DNA of 64,000 bases from an uncultured Acidobacteriota bacterium (GTDB taxonomy: Bacteria > Acidobacteriota > Vicinamibacteria > Vicinamibacterales > UBA8438). The position numbers and the translations under genes are program-made. Below are positions 34,725-44,229 of the stretch, in pieces; within the stretch, counting starts at the first letter, position 1; every line of letters starts with the position of its first letter. The stretch covers positions 128,001 to 192,000 of the forward strand of contig CAJWLU010000004.1 in assembly GCA_913043225.1 (NCBI GenBank), written 5' to 3'. The notes under the pieces were generated by a model that had not been told where the DNA came from, did no database searches, and saw only the letters and a program-made list of their open reading frames with translations.

Positions 34725-36014
34725 TCAGTCCTTCTTCGCCTCGATCTGAGCGCCAAGCTGCCCCAGCCGCTCCACTAGCTGGGCATAGCCTCGCTCCACC
34801 GTCTCCAGAGGGTAGATCCTACTAACGCCGTCGGCGGCCAAAGCCGCGGCGATCAGCGCCATCCCTGATCGCAGGTCCCGACTATCGAGGGTGCGACCGG
34901 TCAAAGGCGAGGGACCGTCGACGATCATGCGGTGAGGATCGCACAGAAACAGGTTGGCTCCCATGCCGCTCAACTGCTCGAGCGCGAACAGCCGCAGCTC
35001 ATACATCCAGTCGTGCACCAGGGTGCGCCCCTCAGCCTGGGTGGCCAACACGCTGATCAGGCTCACCATATCGCTGGGAAACCCGGGCCAGGGCGCGGTC
35101 GTAATCTGGCGAACGGCGACGGGTCTGGACGCTGCTGACCGCATCACGTCGTCTTCGACCTCGCAGTCGACCTGCATTCGCTTCAGCACGGCCGTGATCG
35201 GTTCCAGGTGCCTTTGTCGCACCCCTCGCACCTCGATCTCACCGCCGCTAACCGCGGCTGCCACCACCCAGCTCCCCGCCTCGATATAGTCGCCCTCAAG
35301 GCGGTGCTCCGCGGCGCCCAGCACGCCGCCACCGGCAATCCGGATCGTCGGTGTGCCGGCCCCCTCGACCTGCGCTCCCATGGCGGACAGAAATTCACAC
35401 AGCTCGATCACGTGCGGCTCGCAGGCCGCGTGCCGGATCTCACTCTCGCCATCGGCCGCTGCAGCTGCCAGGAGCGCGGTCTCGGTCCCGGTAACCGAGG
35501 CCTCCTCCAGATAGACCGACGTCGGCCGAAGCCCGTCTGGAGCCTCCAACACGTAGTCAGGACCGGTGCCCGGTCTGCGTCGGACCCCCATCGCCTCCAA
35601 GGCCTGCAGATGAGCAGCTAGCGTCCGTCGAGCTGGAAAGTCGCCACCCGGCGGCGCCAGTATGACTTGGCCTCGCCGTGCCAGCAGCGGCCCGCACAAC
35701 AAGACCGACCCGCGAAGTCGACCGACCAGGCGTCGGTCTGGTTCGTGACTGCTCAGCCCGCCGCAGTTCACGCGAACCGTAGTGGTCCCTATCCCATAAA
35801 CCTCCGCCCCGAGACCCGCCAACAGGTGGGCCATGACCTGGACATCCTTGATCCGAGGCATGTTGGTGAGAGTGCACTGATGCTCGGTTAGCAGGCACGC
35901 GGCCAGCAGCGGAAGCGCCGAGTTCTTGTTACCTTCGACCTCAACCTGACCGACCAGCGGATGTCCCCCCTCCACGGCCAGCGTCGTCAGTCCTTCGCCC
36001 CCCGACTTCACCAT
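34725..36014 (-). CDS. murA: UDP-GlcNAc 1-carboxyvinyltransferase (Cys-to-Asp variant)
   Basis: GNKNSALPLLAA, LRGSVL, PGGDFPARR, ASVTGTE, ACEPHV, WPGFPSD, DLRSG, ERGY; start uncertain. Confidence 0.93.
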   Translation of the reverse strand: MVKSGGEGLTTLAVEGGHPLVGQVEVEGNKNSALPLLAACLLTEHQCTLTNMPRIKDVQVMAHLLAGLGAEVYGIGTTTVRVNCGGLSSHEPDRRLVGRLRGSVLLCGPLLARRGQVILAPPGGDFPARRTLAAHLQALEAMGVRRRPGTGPDYVLEAPDGLRPTSVYLEEASVTGTETALLAAAAADGESEIRHAACEPHVIELCEFLSAMGAQVEGAGTPTIRIAGGGVLGAAEHRLEGDYIEAGSWVVAAAVSGGEIEVRGVRQRHLEPITAVLKRMQVDCEVEDDVMRSAASRPVAVRQITTAPWPGFPSDMVSLISVLATQAEGRTLVHDWMYELRLFALEQLSGMGANLFLCDPHRMIVDGPSPLTGRTLDSRDLRSGMALIAAALAADGVSRIYPLETVERGYAQLVERLGQLGAQIEAKKD

Positions 36015-36056
36015 GTCGTCTTCCGCTCCTCGCCCCCGAACGCTCACGCTCCAGAG

Positions 36057-36998
36057 TCAGAACTCACCCAGATACACCAGTTCCAGCCGCAGCTGGATCC
36101 CAAACCGCCGCGCTACCTCTCGCCGACAGCGCTCTAGCAACGCACGAATGTCAGCCGCCCGAGCAGTCCCTTCATTAACGATGAAGTTCCCATGCACGGT
36201 GGACACCACCGCTCCGCCCTGCCTGCTCCCTTTAAGTCCGGCGCGGTCAATCAGCGCTCCAGCCGACCGAGGCACATCGTCCGGTAGCGGGCCATCGTCC
36301 GCACGGGGATTCTGGAATACACATCCCGCCGAGGCCCGATCGAGAGGCTGCGTCCGTTTCCGGAACGCCAACGAGTCGCGCGCCGCCAGGCGGAGGACCG
36401 CCGGATCACCTGACCGCACCGCAAACTCCACCCAGGACACCACTTCGCTGGTGTGCTTAACCCGGCTCTCGTCGTAGTCGAAGGCCATCTCGTCAGCGGA
36501 CACCTCGATACGGGTGCCCGCCTCGTCTACTAGCCCGACCGCGGTCACCATATCACCCACCAGCCGACCATCGAAGTGCGCGTTGCCATGGATCGCGCCC
36601 CCGACCGTTCCTGGTGTACCGGCCCAGCTCTCCAATCCGGCCATGCCACGCCGAATGGTCCAGCGGACAAGACCGTTGAGGGTGACACCGGCGTCCGCCC
36701 GCACTCGATCGGGCCCGGTCGCATGGAGACGACCGTGCCGCAGACGCACGACAAGACCCCGAACTCCCCCGTCCCCAACGAGGACATTCGAACCACCCCC
36801 AAGGATGGTCAGCGGGATGCCCAGCGCAGCCGTCTCCCGAATCGCCGTGACCAGCTCGTCTGGTCGGTCGGTCTGGAGCAGCCAGTCAGCTGGCCCACCC
36901 GTACGAAAGGTGGTGAAAGGAACCAGTGACGCCCCGTCCCTCACCCGGGTCCCGAAGAGCTCCTTAAGGCGAGCGTTGACAAGTCCTTGGGACTCCAT
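36057..36998 (-). CDS. murB: UDP-N-acetylmuramate dehydrogenase
   Basis: TTFRTGGPAD, LGGGSNVLV, PGTVGGA, QPLDRASAGCVFQNP, HGNFIVN. Confidence 0.94.
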   Translation of the reverse strand: MESQGLVNARLKELFGTRVRDGASLVPFTTFRTGGPADWLLQTDRPDELVTAIRETAALGIPLTILGGGSNVLVGDGGVRGLVVRLRHGRLHATGPDRVRADAGVTLNGLVRWTIRRGMAGLESWAGTPGTVGGAIHGNAHFDGRLVGDMVTAVGLVDEAGTRIEVSADEMAFDYDESRVKHTSEVVSWVEFAVRSGDPAVLRLAARDSLAFRKRTQPLDRASAGCVFQNPRADDGPLPDDVPRSAGALIDRAGLKGSRQGGAVVSTVHGNFIVNEGTARAADIRALLERCRREVARRFGIQLRLELVYLGEF

Positions 36999-37002
36999 CA
37001 CC

Positions 37003-37929
37003 TCACGCCATCCCACCCGCCTGCAACCGCAGCGCGTCCTCACGCGATGCGAGCGCGACATGCGCGGACGAATAGCTACATGGCTTGAACTCGACCCAGT
37101 CGCCAGGGGCCAACTGGGCAGCCACCCCAACGTCAGCCGAGATAACCGTCGCCGGGGCTCGATACCCCCCTGTCGTCTGCCGGTCGGCCATCAGCAGAAT
37201 CGGTTCTCCGGAGGGAGGCACCTGGATCGTGCCGACGGGCGTGGCCGCCGACAACCCACTGGCGGGTCTCCCCGGCGAAACCGACGGTCCAGACAGCCGA
37301 TATCCCATGCGATTCGACGTCGGGCCGAGACGAAAACGCGGACCGAAGAGCAGTTCAGGCCGACCGCCGCCGTCATCCCGCACGAGAACCCGCAGCACCG
37401 CACCCCCCCGTGGCAGCGGAAAGGGCGGCCGCAGCTTCTTTCCCGGTCGAGCTCCACCGTGGGGATCGCCCACGTCCAGACAATCCTCTGCTCTGAGCGA
37501 GCGACCGTCCAATCCGCCGAACCGGCTCGCCAGATCGGTACTCCGGCTGCCAAACACCATCGGCAGCTCGAAGCCTCCGGCCACCGCGAGGTAGGCTCGT
37601 GCACCGGCAGTCCGTGGTCCGAACGACAGTCGGCCACCGGCTGAGAGCGAGAAGGTGCATCCGCTCGGTACAGTCCGGCCGTCAATTTCGAGCCAGAACC
37701 GAGCTCCGACGACCGCGATCGTCGCGTCCTCACTGAACTCCAGCTTGGGCCCGGCAAGCGTGACCTCGAGAGTAGCGGCCTCGGGCAGGTTACCCACCAA
37801 GTGATTCGCGACGCGATGCGACCACGTGTCCATCGCGCCGGAAACAGGAATCCCCCATGCCTGATGCCCCCAGCGTCCAAGGTCCTGCACCGTGGTCAAT
37901 GGTCCCGGAGCAATGACACGGACCCTCAT
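37003..37929 (-). CDS. pxpC: 5-oxoprolinase subunit C / KipA family protein
   Basis: TTVQDLGR, SGAMD, GARAYLAVAGG, GSRST, NRMGYRL, GTIQVP, DRQTTGGY. Confidence 0.88.
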   Translation of the reverse strand: MRVRVIAPGPLTTVQDLGRWGHQAWGIPVSGAMDTWSHRVANHLVGNLPEAATLEVTLAGPKLEFSEDATIAVVGARFWLEIDGRTVPSGCTFSLSAGGRLSFGPRTAGARAYLAVAGGFELPMVFGSRSTDLASRFGGLDGRSLRAEDCLDVGDPHGGARPGKKLRPPFPLPRGGAVLRVLVRDDGGGRPELLFGPRFRLGPTSNRMGYRLSGPSVSPGRPASGLSAATPVGTIQVPPSGEPILLMADRQTTGGYRAPATVISADVGVAAQLAPGDWVEFKPCSYSSAHVALASREDALRLQAGGMA

Positions 37930-38630
37930 TAGCTCTCCACCACTCTGGGCTCAAACCGCACCAGATCGCCCGCACGAAATATACACGCCGGCTCAGCCTG
38001 AAGGGTAAACGGCGCGATATCGGCGGTCCCGATCAATTGCCAGCCCCCCGGCGCTGCCGACGGATAGATTCCTGTTTGTCGACCCGCAATCCCGACCGAT
38101 CGCGCCGGCACCGCCAGTCGGGGCGTCGCACGTCGAGGCATAGCGATGCGACTGTCGACGACCCCCATATACGCAAACCCGGGCAAGAAACCCAGCATGA
38201 ACACACGATAGTGTCCAGCCGCGTGCCGGCGCACCACCTCGTCGATCGAGCAGCCGGCAAACGCGGCAACCGCCTCGAGGTCTGGACCACCCGGTCCGCC
38301 GTACCGAACGCCTACCGTGATCTCCCGCTGTGCTTCGGCCGCCGGGGCCGACGACTCGGCCCAGCTGAGCAGGCGCCGTGACAGAACCTCGGCATCGCCC
38401 GCGACCGGATCGAGATACACGGTCACGGCGCTGTGGGTCGGCACGACATCTCGGACCCCCTCCACCCGCGCCAGCCGCACCTGTCTCGCAATCTCGACCG
38501 CTCTCGCATTCACACGCGGATCGAGGTCGGCGTCACACTCGACCACAAGAGCCGCATCGCCGCACCACCGCACGCGCCACCCGGATCTCCCGGACGACCT
38601 GCTGTCGGTCTGCCGCTCGGTCGCGCTCAC
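37929..38630 (-). CDS. pxpB: 5-oxoprolinase subunit B / KipI family protein
   Basis: GDAALVVE, GPDL, LGFLPGFAY, PRRATPR, SVGIAGRQTGIYP, PGGWQLIG. Confidence 0.9.
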   Translation of the reverse strand: MSATERQTDSRSSGRSGWRVRWCGDAALVVECDADLDPRVNARAVEIARQVRLARVEGVRDVVPTHSAVTVYLDPVAGDAEVLSRRLLSWAESSAPAAEAQREITVGVRYGGPGGPDLEAVAAFAGCSIDEVVRRHAAGHYRVFMLGFLPGFAYMGVVDSRIAMPRRATPRLAVPARSVGIAGRQTGIYPSAAPGGWQLIGTADIAPFTLQAEPACIFRAGDLVRFEPRVVES

Positions 38631-40021
38631 CCGTCCGCCGCCAACCTGTCGAGAAGTTTCTGGTGGATGCCGTCGAACGAGCCGTTGGACATCACGACGA
38701 CGAGATCGCCAGATATCGCTTCCGTCGCCACTGTGGCCACGATCGCCTCCACCTCGGGCAGATGCCTGGCGCGAGGCCCGTCACGGCGGATCGCGTCGAC
38801 TAGTTCGGCCTCAGACAGTCGCTCCTCGTCTGGCAAGGACGCACGATACACCCGACCGACGATCACCTCGTCAGCCGCATTGAAGGCTCGTCCAAACGGA
38901 TCCTGGAAGACACGACGACAGGCGGTGGCCGACCGCGGCTCGAAGAGCGCCCAGATCCGTCGGTCCGGGTGGGCCGCTCGCACCCCGGCCAACGTCTCCC
39001 GCACCGCGGTGGGGTGGTGGGCAAAGTCGTCATAGACGGTCACGCCCCGTTCGACTCCCCTCACCTCGAGCCGGCGGCGCACTCCCTTGAAGCGGGAGAG
39101 CGCGTCGGCGATCGTGGAGGCGTCGAGACCGACATGTCGAGCCACGGCGAACGTGGCCAACGCATTTCGTACGTTGAACGCGCCGATGAGGGGAAGAGTC
39201 ACTGTCGCCTCCGGTCGCCCGCCGTGGGTCACCGTAAAGCGGGTCACGTCAACATCAGCCACCAACTCCGTCGCCCTCCATTCGGCGTGCGCCCCGAGAC
39301 CGAACGACTCGACCTGACACGGAGCCGCTCCCCCGAGTGCCAGCGCTTCGAGGTCGTCGGCGCCCACGATCAATCGGCCCCGGGCGGGAAGGAGCGCGAC
39401 CAGACTAGCCATCGCCTGGCGGATGCCGTCGACGTCGGTATAAATGTCAGCGTGATCGAATTCCAGATTGCCGAGCACCAGCACGTCCGGGACGTACTTC
39501 AAGAACTTTGCAGTCTTGTCGAAGAAGGCGCTGTCGTACTCATCTCCTTCGATGATGAACTCGGACCCTGAACCCAGACGGTAGCTGGATCCGAAGTTAC
39601 CGGTCACTCCGCCGACCAAAAAGCTGGGATCGCGCCCCCCGGCGGTCAGCACCCAGGCCAGCAGCGACGTGGTGGTTGTTTTCCCGTGGGTTCCAGCCAC
39701 GACCAACGACCGGCGCTCCCAAAGAAAAGTCTCACGCACCATCTCCGGCAAAGAGCAATATCGCACCTTCCGGTCGAGCGTCGCTTCGACCTCCGGATTT
39801 CCTCGCGACACCACGTTGCCTATAACTACCAGGTCCAACCCGTCGGTGATCCGATCCGCGTCGAAGCCATCGTGAACGGCGATATCGCGGGCGGCAAGGA
39901 AATCGGACATCGGGGGATAGACGTGCTGGTCCGATCCCTGCACCGAATAGCCCCGCTCTTGGAGCATCGCGGCCAGCGTCGCCATGGCCGTACCACAGAT
40001 ACCGATGAGGTGTACGGTCAT
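38627..40021 (-). CDS. mpl: UDP-MurNAc:L-Ala-gamma-D-Glu-meso-DAP ligase (murein peptide ligase)
   Basis: HLIGICGTAMATLA, SRGNPEVE, AGTHGKTTT, EGDEYDSAFFDK, LEFDHADI, DDFAHHPTA, FEPRS, MSNGSF. Confidence 0.92.
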   Translation of the reverse strand: MTVHLIGICGTAMATLAAMLQERGYSVQGSDQHVYPPMSDFLAARDIAVHDGFDADRITDGLDLVVIGNVVSRGNPEVEATLDRKVRYCSLPEMVRETFLWERRSLVVAGTHGKTTTTSLLAWVLTAGGRDPSFLVGGVTGNFGSSYRLGSGSEFIIEGDEYDSAFFDKTAKFLKYVPDVLVLGNLEFDHADIYTDVDGIRQAMASLVALLPARGRLIVGADDLEALALGGAAPCQVESFGLGAHAEWRATELVADVDVTRFTVTHGGRPEATVTLPLIGAFNVRNALATFAVARHVGLDASTIADALSRFKGVRRRLEVRGVERGVTVYDDFAHHPTAVRETLAGVRAAHPDRRIWALFEPRSATACRRVFQDPFGRAFNAADEVIVGRVYRASLPDEERLSEAELVDAIRRDGPRARHLPEVEAIVATVATEAISGDLVVVMSNGSFDGIHQKLLDRLAADG

Positions 40022-40944
40022 CGCGCCTCCACGGCCGCTTCGAGCACCTCGACCTCGGCGCCTGCGCCGCCTGACACCCTCACCTCCACCCCGAGAGGCA
40101 CGGTCAGGGCGGGACCACGCGTATGGCCGGTCGCGAGCCCGAACAGCACCGGCCCATCGACCGACTCGAGCAGACGGGAAAGTACTTCTCTGGCCGTCGG
40201 CGTCCCGCATTCTTCATCGCATCCGGGAAACTCTCCACACACGACGGCTGACGCCTTGGTGAGGATTCCACTTGCCGCGAGCTGAGTGATCATGCGGTCG
40301 AGTCGATACGGCCGCTCCCCGACGTCTTCCAGCAGCAGCACGTAGCCCTCGGGAGGGTCGAAGGAGTACGGCGTTCCGAGCGATGCGACCAACTGCGTTA
40401 GAGTCCCACCCAAAAGCGGTCCGGTGGCCTCGCCTCGCCTGACGACTTCAACCCCCTTTGTCGAAAGTGCTCCCATCGGGGTCTCCCCAGACACGGCAGC
40501 CAGCAGCGAGCCTCGGTCGTAGCCGGGTATCTCCTCACCCAAGTTTACGACCAAGGGTCCGTGGAAACTGACCAAGCCGCACACTCGGCCCAGATAGATC
40601 AGCAGGGCGGTCAGATCACTGTGGCCGATGAACGGCTTGCGGGCAGCACGGAGCAGCTTGGGGTCGAGCAGTGGCAGCACCTGCGCGCTCCCGTAGCCAC
40701 CGCGTATCGCCATGATGCCGGCTATATTCGGGTCTTTCCACGCCTCGAGTAGCGATCGGGCACGAGTGGCCGGAGAGCCAGCGGTGTAGCCCAGTCGCGC
40801 GAACGCATCGCGGGCCGGCACCGGCACAAAGCCAAGCTGCCGGATCTCGGTGACACCAGCCTCATACGTAGCCTGATCGAAGGGGCTGGCCAAGGCCACA
40901 AGCGCCACCCGGTCTCCAGGGACGAGCGGCTGCGGTTTGAGCAT
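40018..40944 (-). CDS. ldcA: LD-carboxypeptidase (S66 family)
   Basis: IRGGYG, IGHSDLT (Ser), FHGP, LEDVGERPYRLDRM (Glu), GHT (His). Confidence 0.9.
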   Translation of the reverse strand: MLKPQPLVPGDRVALVALASPFDQATYEAGVTEIRQLGFVPVPARDAFARLGYTAGSPATRARSLLEAWKDPNIAGIMAIRGGYGSAQVLPLLDPKLLRAARKPFIGHSDLTALLIYLGRVCGLVSFHGPLVVNLGEEIPGYDRGSLLAAVSGETPMGALSTKGVEVVRRGEATGPLLGGTLTQLVASLGTPYSFDPPEGYVLLLEDVGERPYRLDRMITQLAASGILTKASAVVCGEFPGCDEECGTPTAREVLSRLLESVDGPVLFGLATGHTRGPALTVPLGVEVRVSGGAGAEVEVLEAAVEAR

Positions 40945-40958
40945 GAGATTCGAGGCGC

Positions 40959-42044
40959 TCAGGCCCGCGCCAGTTCCTCAGCCAACGCCCGGTGGGCATC
41001 CGTCCCCAGCCGTGCGCCAAGGGCCGCTCCCGACAGCGGACGTCGTGGTGGCAATGTAAGGAATCGCGCCTTCACATCCTCGTGGCGTGTCCACGCCGTC
41101 TCGATAGCAGCCATAGACAAACGTCCGGTTTCCACGGCTCGGATGAGCGCCTCGATCGCAGTCACGTGCTGCTCGATCCCGGACCCGCACAGCAGCAACG
41201 TGTCGCACCCGGCTTCGAAAGCCTGCACCGCCGCCTCCGACACCGAGTGGGACGCCGTGATCGCGCCCATCTCTAGATCATCGGTGATGATCAATCCACG
41301 GTGGCCCATCTCGTGCCGTAGGACTTCGGAGATAAGCGCTCGAGACAGCGTGGCCGGCCGTTCGTCGTCAAACGCCGGATAGAGCACATGGGCGCTCATT
41401 ACCGAGGCCACGTCGGCCGCAATGGCGGCTTTGAAGGGCACCAGGTCTCGAGCACGGAACCGATCCGGCGGATGTTCGACAACGGGGAGCTCGTGGTGAG
41501 AGTCGGCACGGGTGTCACCGTGCCCTGGAAAATGCTTGCCACACGCCGCAACGCCCGCCGCCTGGAGCGCCTCGATAAATGACGTCGCAAGACGGGCCGC
41601 CTGGTCAGGATCGTCGGAGAGTGCGCGGTCACCAACCACGGGGTCGGCGCCGACGTGATGGAGGTCAAGCACCGGGGCGAAATCCAACGTGACTCCGACT
41701 GCCGCCAGTTCGCTGGCCAGCGCGGTAGCCACTCGCGCACTCAGGCCGAGATCGCCGTGACGCCCCAGCGCGGCCATGGCCGGCCACTCAGTGAACGGTG
41801 CCCGGAGTCGGGCCACCCGTCCTCCCTCTTGGTCTACGCTGACCCAGAGCGGAACGTCCGAAGCCAGTTGCTGCGCGTCGTAGGCCAGTTCAGCGACCTG
41901 TTCCGGCGCCTCGATATTCCGGCTGAACAGGATCACGCCGCCCAGCCCCCACTCCCGAGCCATTGCGGCAAGCTCGGACGGGATCGTCGGTCCCTGAAAC
42001 CCAAGAATGAATAACCGACCGACGTTGCGATGGAGTGGGTTCAC
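40959..42044 (-). CDS. nagZ: Beta-N-acetylglucosaminidase (GH3)
   Basis: GGVILFSRN, VDQEGGRVAR, APVLD, KHFPGHGDTRADSH (NagZ signature), TDDLEM. Confidence 0.93.
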   Translation of the reverse strand: MNPLHRNVGRLFILGFQGPTIPSELAAMAREWGLGGVILFSRNIEAPEQVAELAYDAQQLASDVPLWVSVDQEGGRVARLRAPFTEWPAMAALGRHGDLGLSARVATALASELAAVGVTLDFAPVLDLHHVGADPVVGDRALSDDPDQAARLATSFIEALQAAGVAACGKHFPGHGDTRADSHHELPVVEHPPDRFRARDLVPFKAAIAADVASVMSAHVLYPAFDDERPATLSRALISEVLRHEMGHRGLIITDDLEMGAITASHSVSEAAVQAFEAGCDTLLLCGSGIEQHVTAIEALIRAVETGRLSMAAIETAWTRHEDVKARFLTLPPRRPLSGAALGARLGTDAHRALAEELARA

Positions 42045-42099
42045 ACCTGCCCGCGTCTCGAAAGGCCGCCTGGCGCCGCATTGCGACGCGACGGCTGCA

Positions 42100-42107
42100 A
42101 TTATAAT
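42100..42107. promoter_or_regulatory. Palindromic ATTATAAT giving TATAAT on both strands (putative bidirectional -10)
   Basis: Lies in the 69-nt gap between divergent nagZ and the GHMP kinase gene. Confidence 0.6.
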
Positions 42108-42113
42108 GCGGCC

Positions 42114-43115
42114 GTGCTCGTCAGCTCCTCCGCGCCAACCAGGATTGACTTAGCGGGAGGAACTCTCGACATTTGGCCGCTCTACCTTTTCCACCCCGGT
42201 GCGCAAACGGTCAACGCCGCGCTTGGCATCCGGGCCAGTTGCACCGTGCGTTCCCGTAACGACAACCGTGTCGTTCTGAGATCAAGCGACACGGGGCTCA
42301 CCCTCGAAGCCGAGGATTGGCAGTCACTCGGAACGGAGGGCGATGGCCGTCTCCTGGCCCACCTTGGCCGGTTCTTCGAGCTCTCCGGTGTCGAGGTCAC
42401 TACGAACTCCGGCTCTCCGATGGGTGCCGGCATCGCAGGTTCATCGGCCCTAACCGTCGCCGTATGCGCGGCGCTGACCCGGTGGCAGCGACGCTCCCTA
42501 TCGCCCGACCAGCTCCTCACGCTGGCCATGAACCTCGAAGCTCGTACGCTGGGTATTCCGACCGGCGTCCAGGACTACCGTCCAGCGCTCTATGGAGGCG
42601 TCTCGGCAGTAGAGCTTGGCCCGCTCGGCGTAGAGCGGATCCCGCTCGAGGTCGACGTTGCCGAACTCGAGCGAAGACTCGTGCTCTGCTACAGTGGTAA
42701 CTCGCGGTCCTCGGGACTCAACAACTGGGATATCACCCGTCGACACATCGAAGGAGACGAGGCGCTGGCCGCGCACTTCACCGCCCTTCGTGACATCGCG
42801 GCTGAGACCCGCCAGGCCCTGAACACACACAACTGGCACGAACTGGCCCGGCAAATGTCGCGCGAGTGGGACACCAGACAGGCTCTGGCTCCCGGCGTGA
42901 CGACCCCGGCAATCGACCGGATCCTGTCTGCTTCCCGTGCCGCCGGAGCGATGTCTGGAAAGGTCTGTGGCGCCGGGGGTGGAGGTTGCGTCTGTCTTCT
43001 AATCGACCCCGACCGGCGAGATGACGTCTATCGGAGCCTGGTCGACTCCAAGGCCCACGTGCTCGAGTGCCGTATCGACACCGATGGACTTCGAGTCGAC
43101 GCTACGGAGGACTGA
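42114..43115 (+). CDS. GHMP-family sugar kinase (HddA-like)
   Basis: SAPTRIDLAGGTLD, SPMGAGIAGSSAL (GHMP motif II), GVQDY, GKVCGAGGGG; GTG start 42114. Confidence 0.88.
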   Translation: MLVSSSAPTRIDLAGGTLDIWPLYLFHPGAQTVNAALGIRASCTVRSRNDNRVVLRSSDTGLTLEAEDWQSLGTEGDGRLLAHLGRFFELSGVEVTTNSGSPMGAGIAGSSALTVAVCAALTRWQRRSLSPDQLLTLAMNLEARTLGIPTGVQDYRPALYGGVSAVELGPLGVERIPLEVDVAELERRLVLCYSGNSRSSGLNNWDITRRHIEGDEALAAHFTALRDIAAETRQALNTHNWHELARQMSREWDTRQALAPGVTTPAIDRILSASRAAGAMSGKVCGAGGGGCVCLLIDPDRRDDVYRSLVDSKAHVLECRIDTDGLRVDATED

Positions 43116-43255
43116 CTCTCGGTTATGGACAACCCCTCGATCGACCGCGTGACGATTAGCCGACCCACCTGGCTCGAGCCGAATCACGTTCGTAATATGC
43201 AACCATTCGAAACGATGCAATCTTCGCTGCCCCACCATCAATGCAGGACCGTGTC

Positions 43256-43576
43256 ATGACAACCGTCGCCTCAGTACGCGCCGAGCTCAAGCGGCTGTAC
43301 AACGAGACGACCCCGGCCACGATCGAGCAAGATCTGGCCCGCGCCATCGCACTCCTTAAGCAGCTCGATGATGAAGCCCAACGGGCGCAGGTTGCCGTCT
43401 ATATGGACGGGCTCTCACAGATACGGTCGGAGTGGATCCTCGCAAGACGTGTAAGGGCTCGGAAGAAACATGCCACTGGCAAGATCAGCGTTAAGGCCGT
43501 CACGGCCACCGCTGGCGCCAGAAACACCAAACGCACCGGAAAGCCCCGCCCAAAGAACAAGCACTCGTCTTCGTGA
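43256..43576 (+). CDS. Hypothetical helical protein with basic tail
   Basis: Amphipathic segment ELKRLYNETTPATIEQDLARAIALLK...AVYMDGLSQIRSEW; fills an otherwise empty gap; start could be 43241. Confidence 0.65.
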   Translation: MTTVASVRAELKRLYNETTPATIEQDLARAIALLKQLDDEAQRAQVAVYMDGLSQIRSEWILARRVRARKKHATGKISVKAVTATAGARNTKRTGKPRPKNKHSSS

Positions 43577-43619
43577 CCGCTAAGCAGTTACGCGCTTGGG
43601 CCAGCAAGGAAACACTTCC

Positions 43620-44205
43620 AGGTGGAGGGCACGGACTCCGCCCGAAACATTGCGGTCGCGCGTGATCAGCTTAAGACCGCATTAGTTCAGGCGAGTCAAT
43701 ATCGACATCGAGACACCAGTCGGCGTCTTCGGATTCGTCACCAGGGTGGCAATCAGTGGGTAGTGTTTGAGCCAGTGACGGCTGCTGCCAACCACGCGCA
43801 GCATTTCTCGCTGCACGCTCATCATGCGAGCGCAGGGCTAGATCTCGGTGATGTCCAGTTTCGGACTCCAGAGCACCACGACGGCGACCACCTTGTTCGA
43901 ATCCAAGATAAGGACCGTGCGCTGTTCACGGACACCGCGTAACGCGATCTTGATCCAGTCGACCACCGGCATCGGAGCGAACACCTGTGGCTGTAATTCG
44001 GCAGGGTTAGGCCCAAACTGTGCCTCCCTTTGAACCACCGTCACGTCCGTGCTCATCTGGCCCAGTGCTGGCTCAATGTCTTCGAGGAGGGATACGAGCA
44101 GATCAAGTTACTCCGCCGTCTTCCAGATCAATCCTCTAACAGCCACCAGCAACTAGATGTCGAGTGGAATGGACCCTTGCGGAATAGGTCTCGGGGCGGA
44201 GTCGC
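43620..44205 (-). pseudogene. Decayed conserved hypothetical protein gene
   Basis: One frame reads IKIALRGVREQRTVLILDSNKVVAVVVLWSPKL...LRVVGSSRHWLKHYPLIATLVTNPKTP...RDRNV with in-frame stops at 44153, 44108, 43838 and 43682; boundaries approximate. Confidence 0.75.
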
Positions 44206-44229
44206 ACGAAGCTTGAGGAAAGCTGAGAC

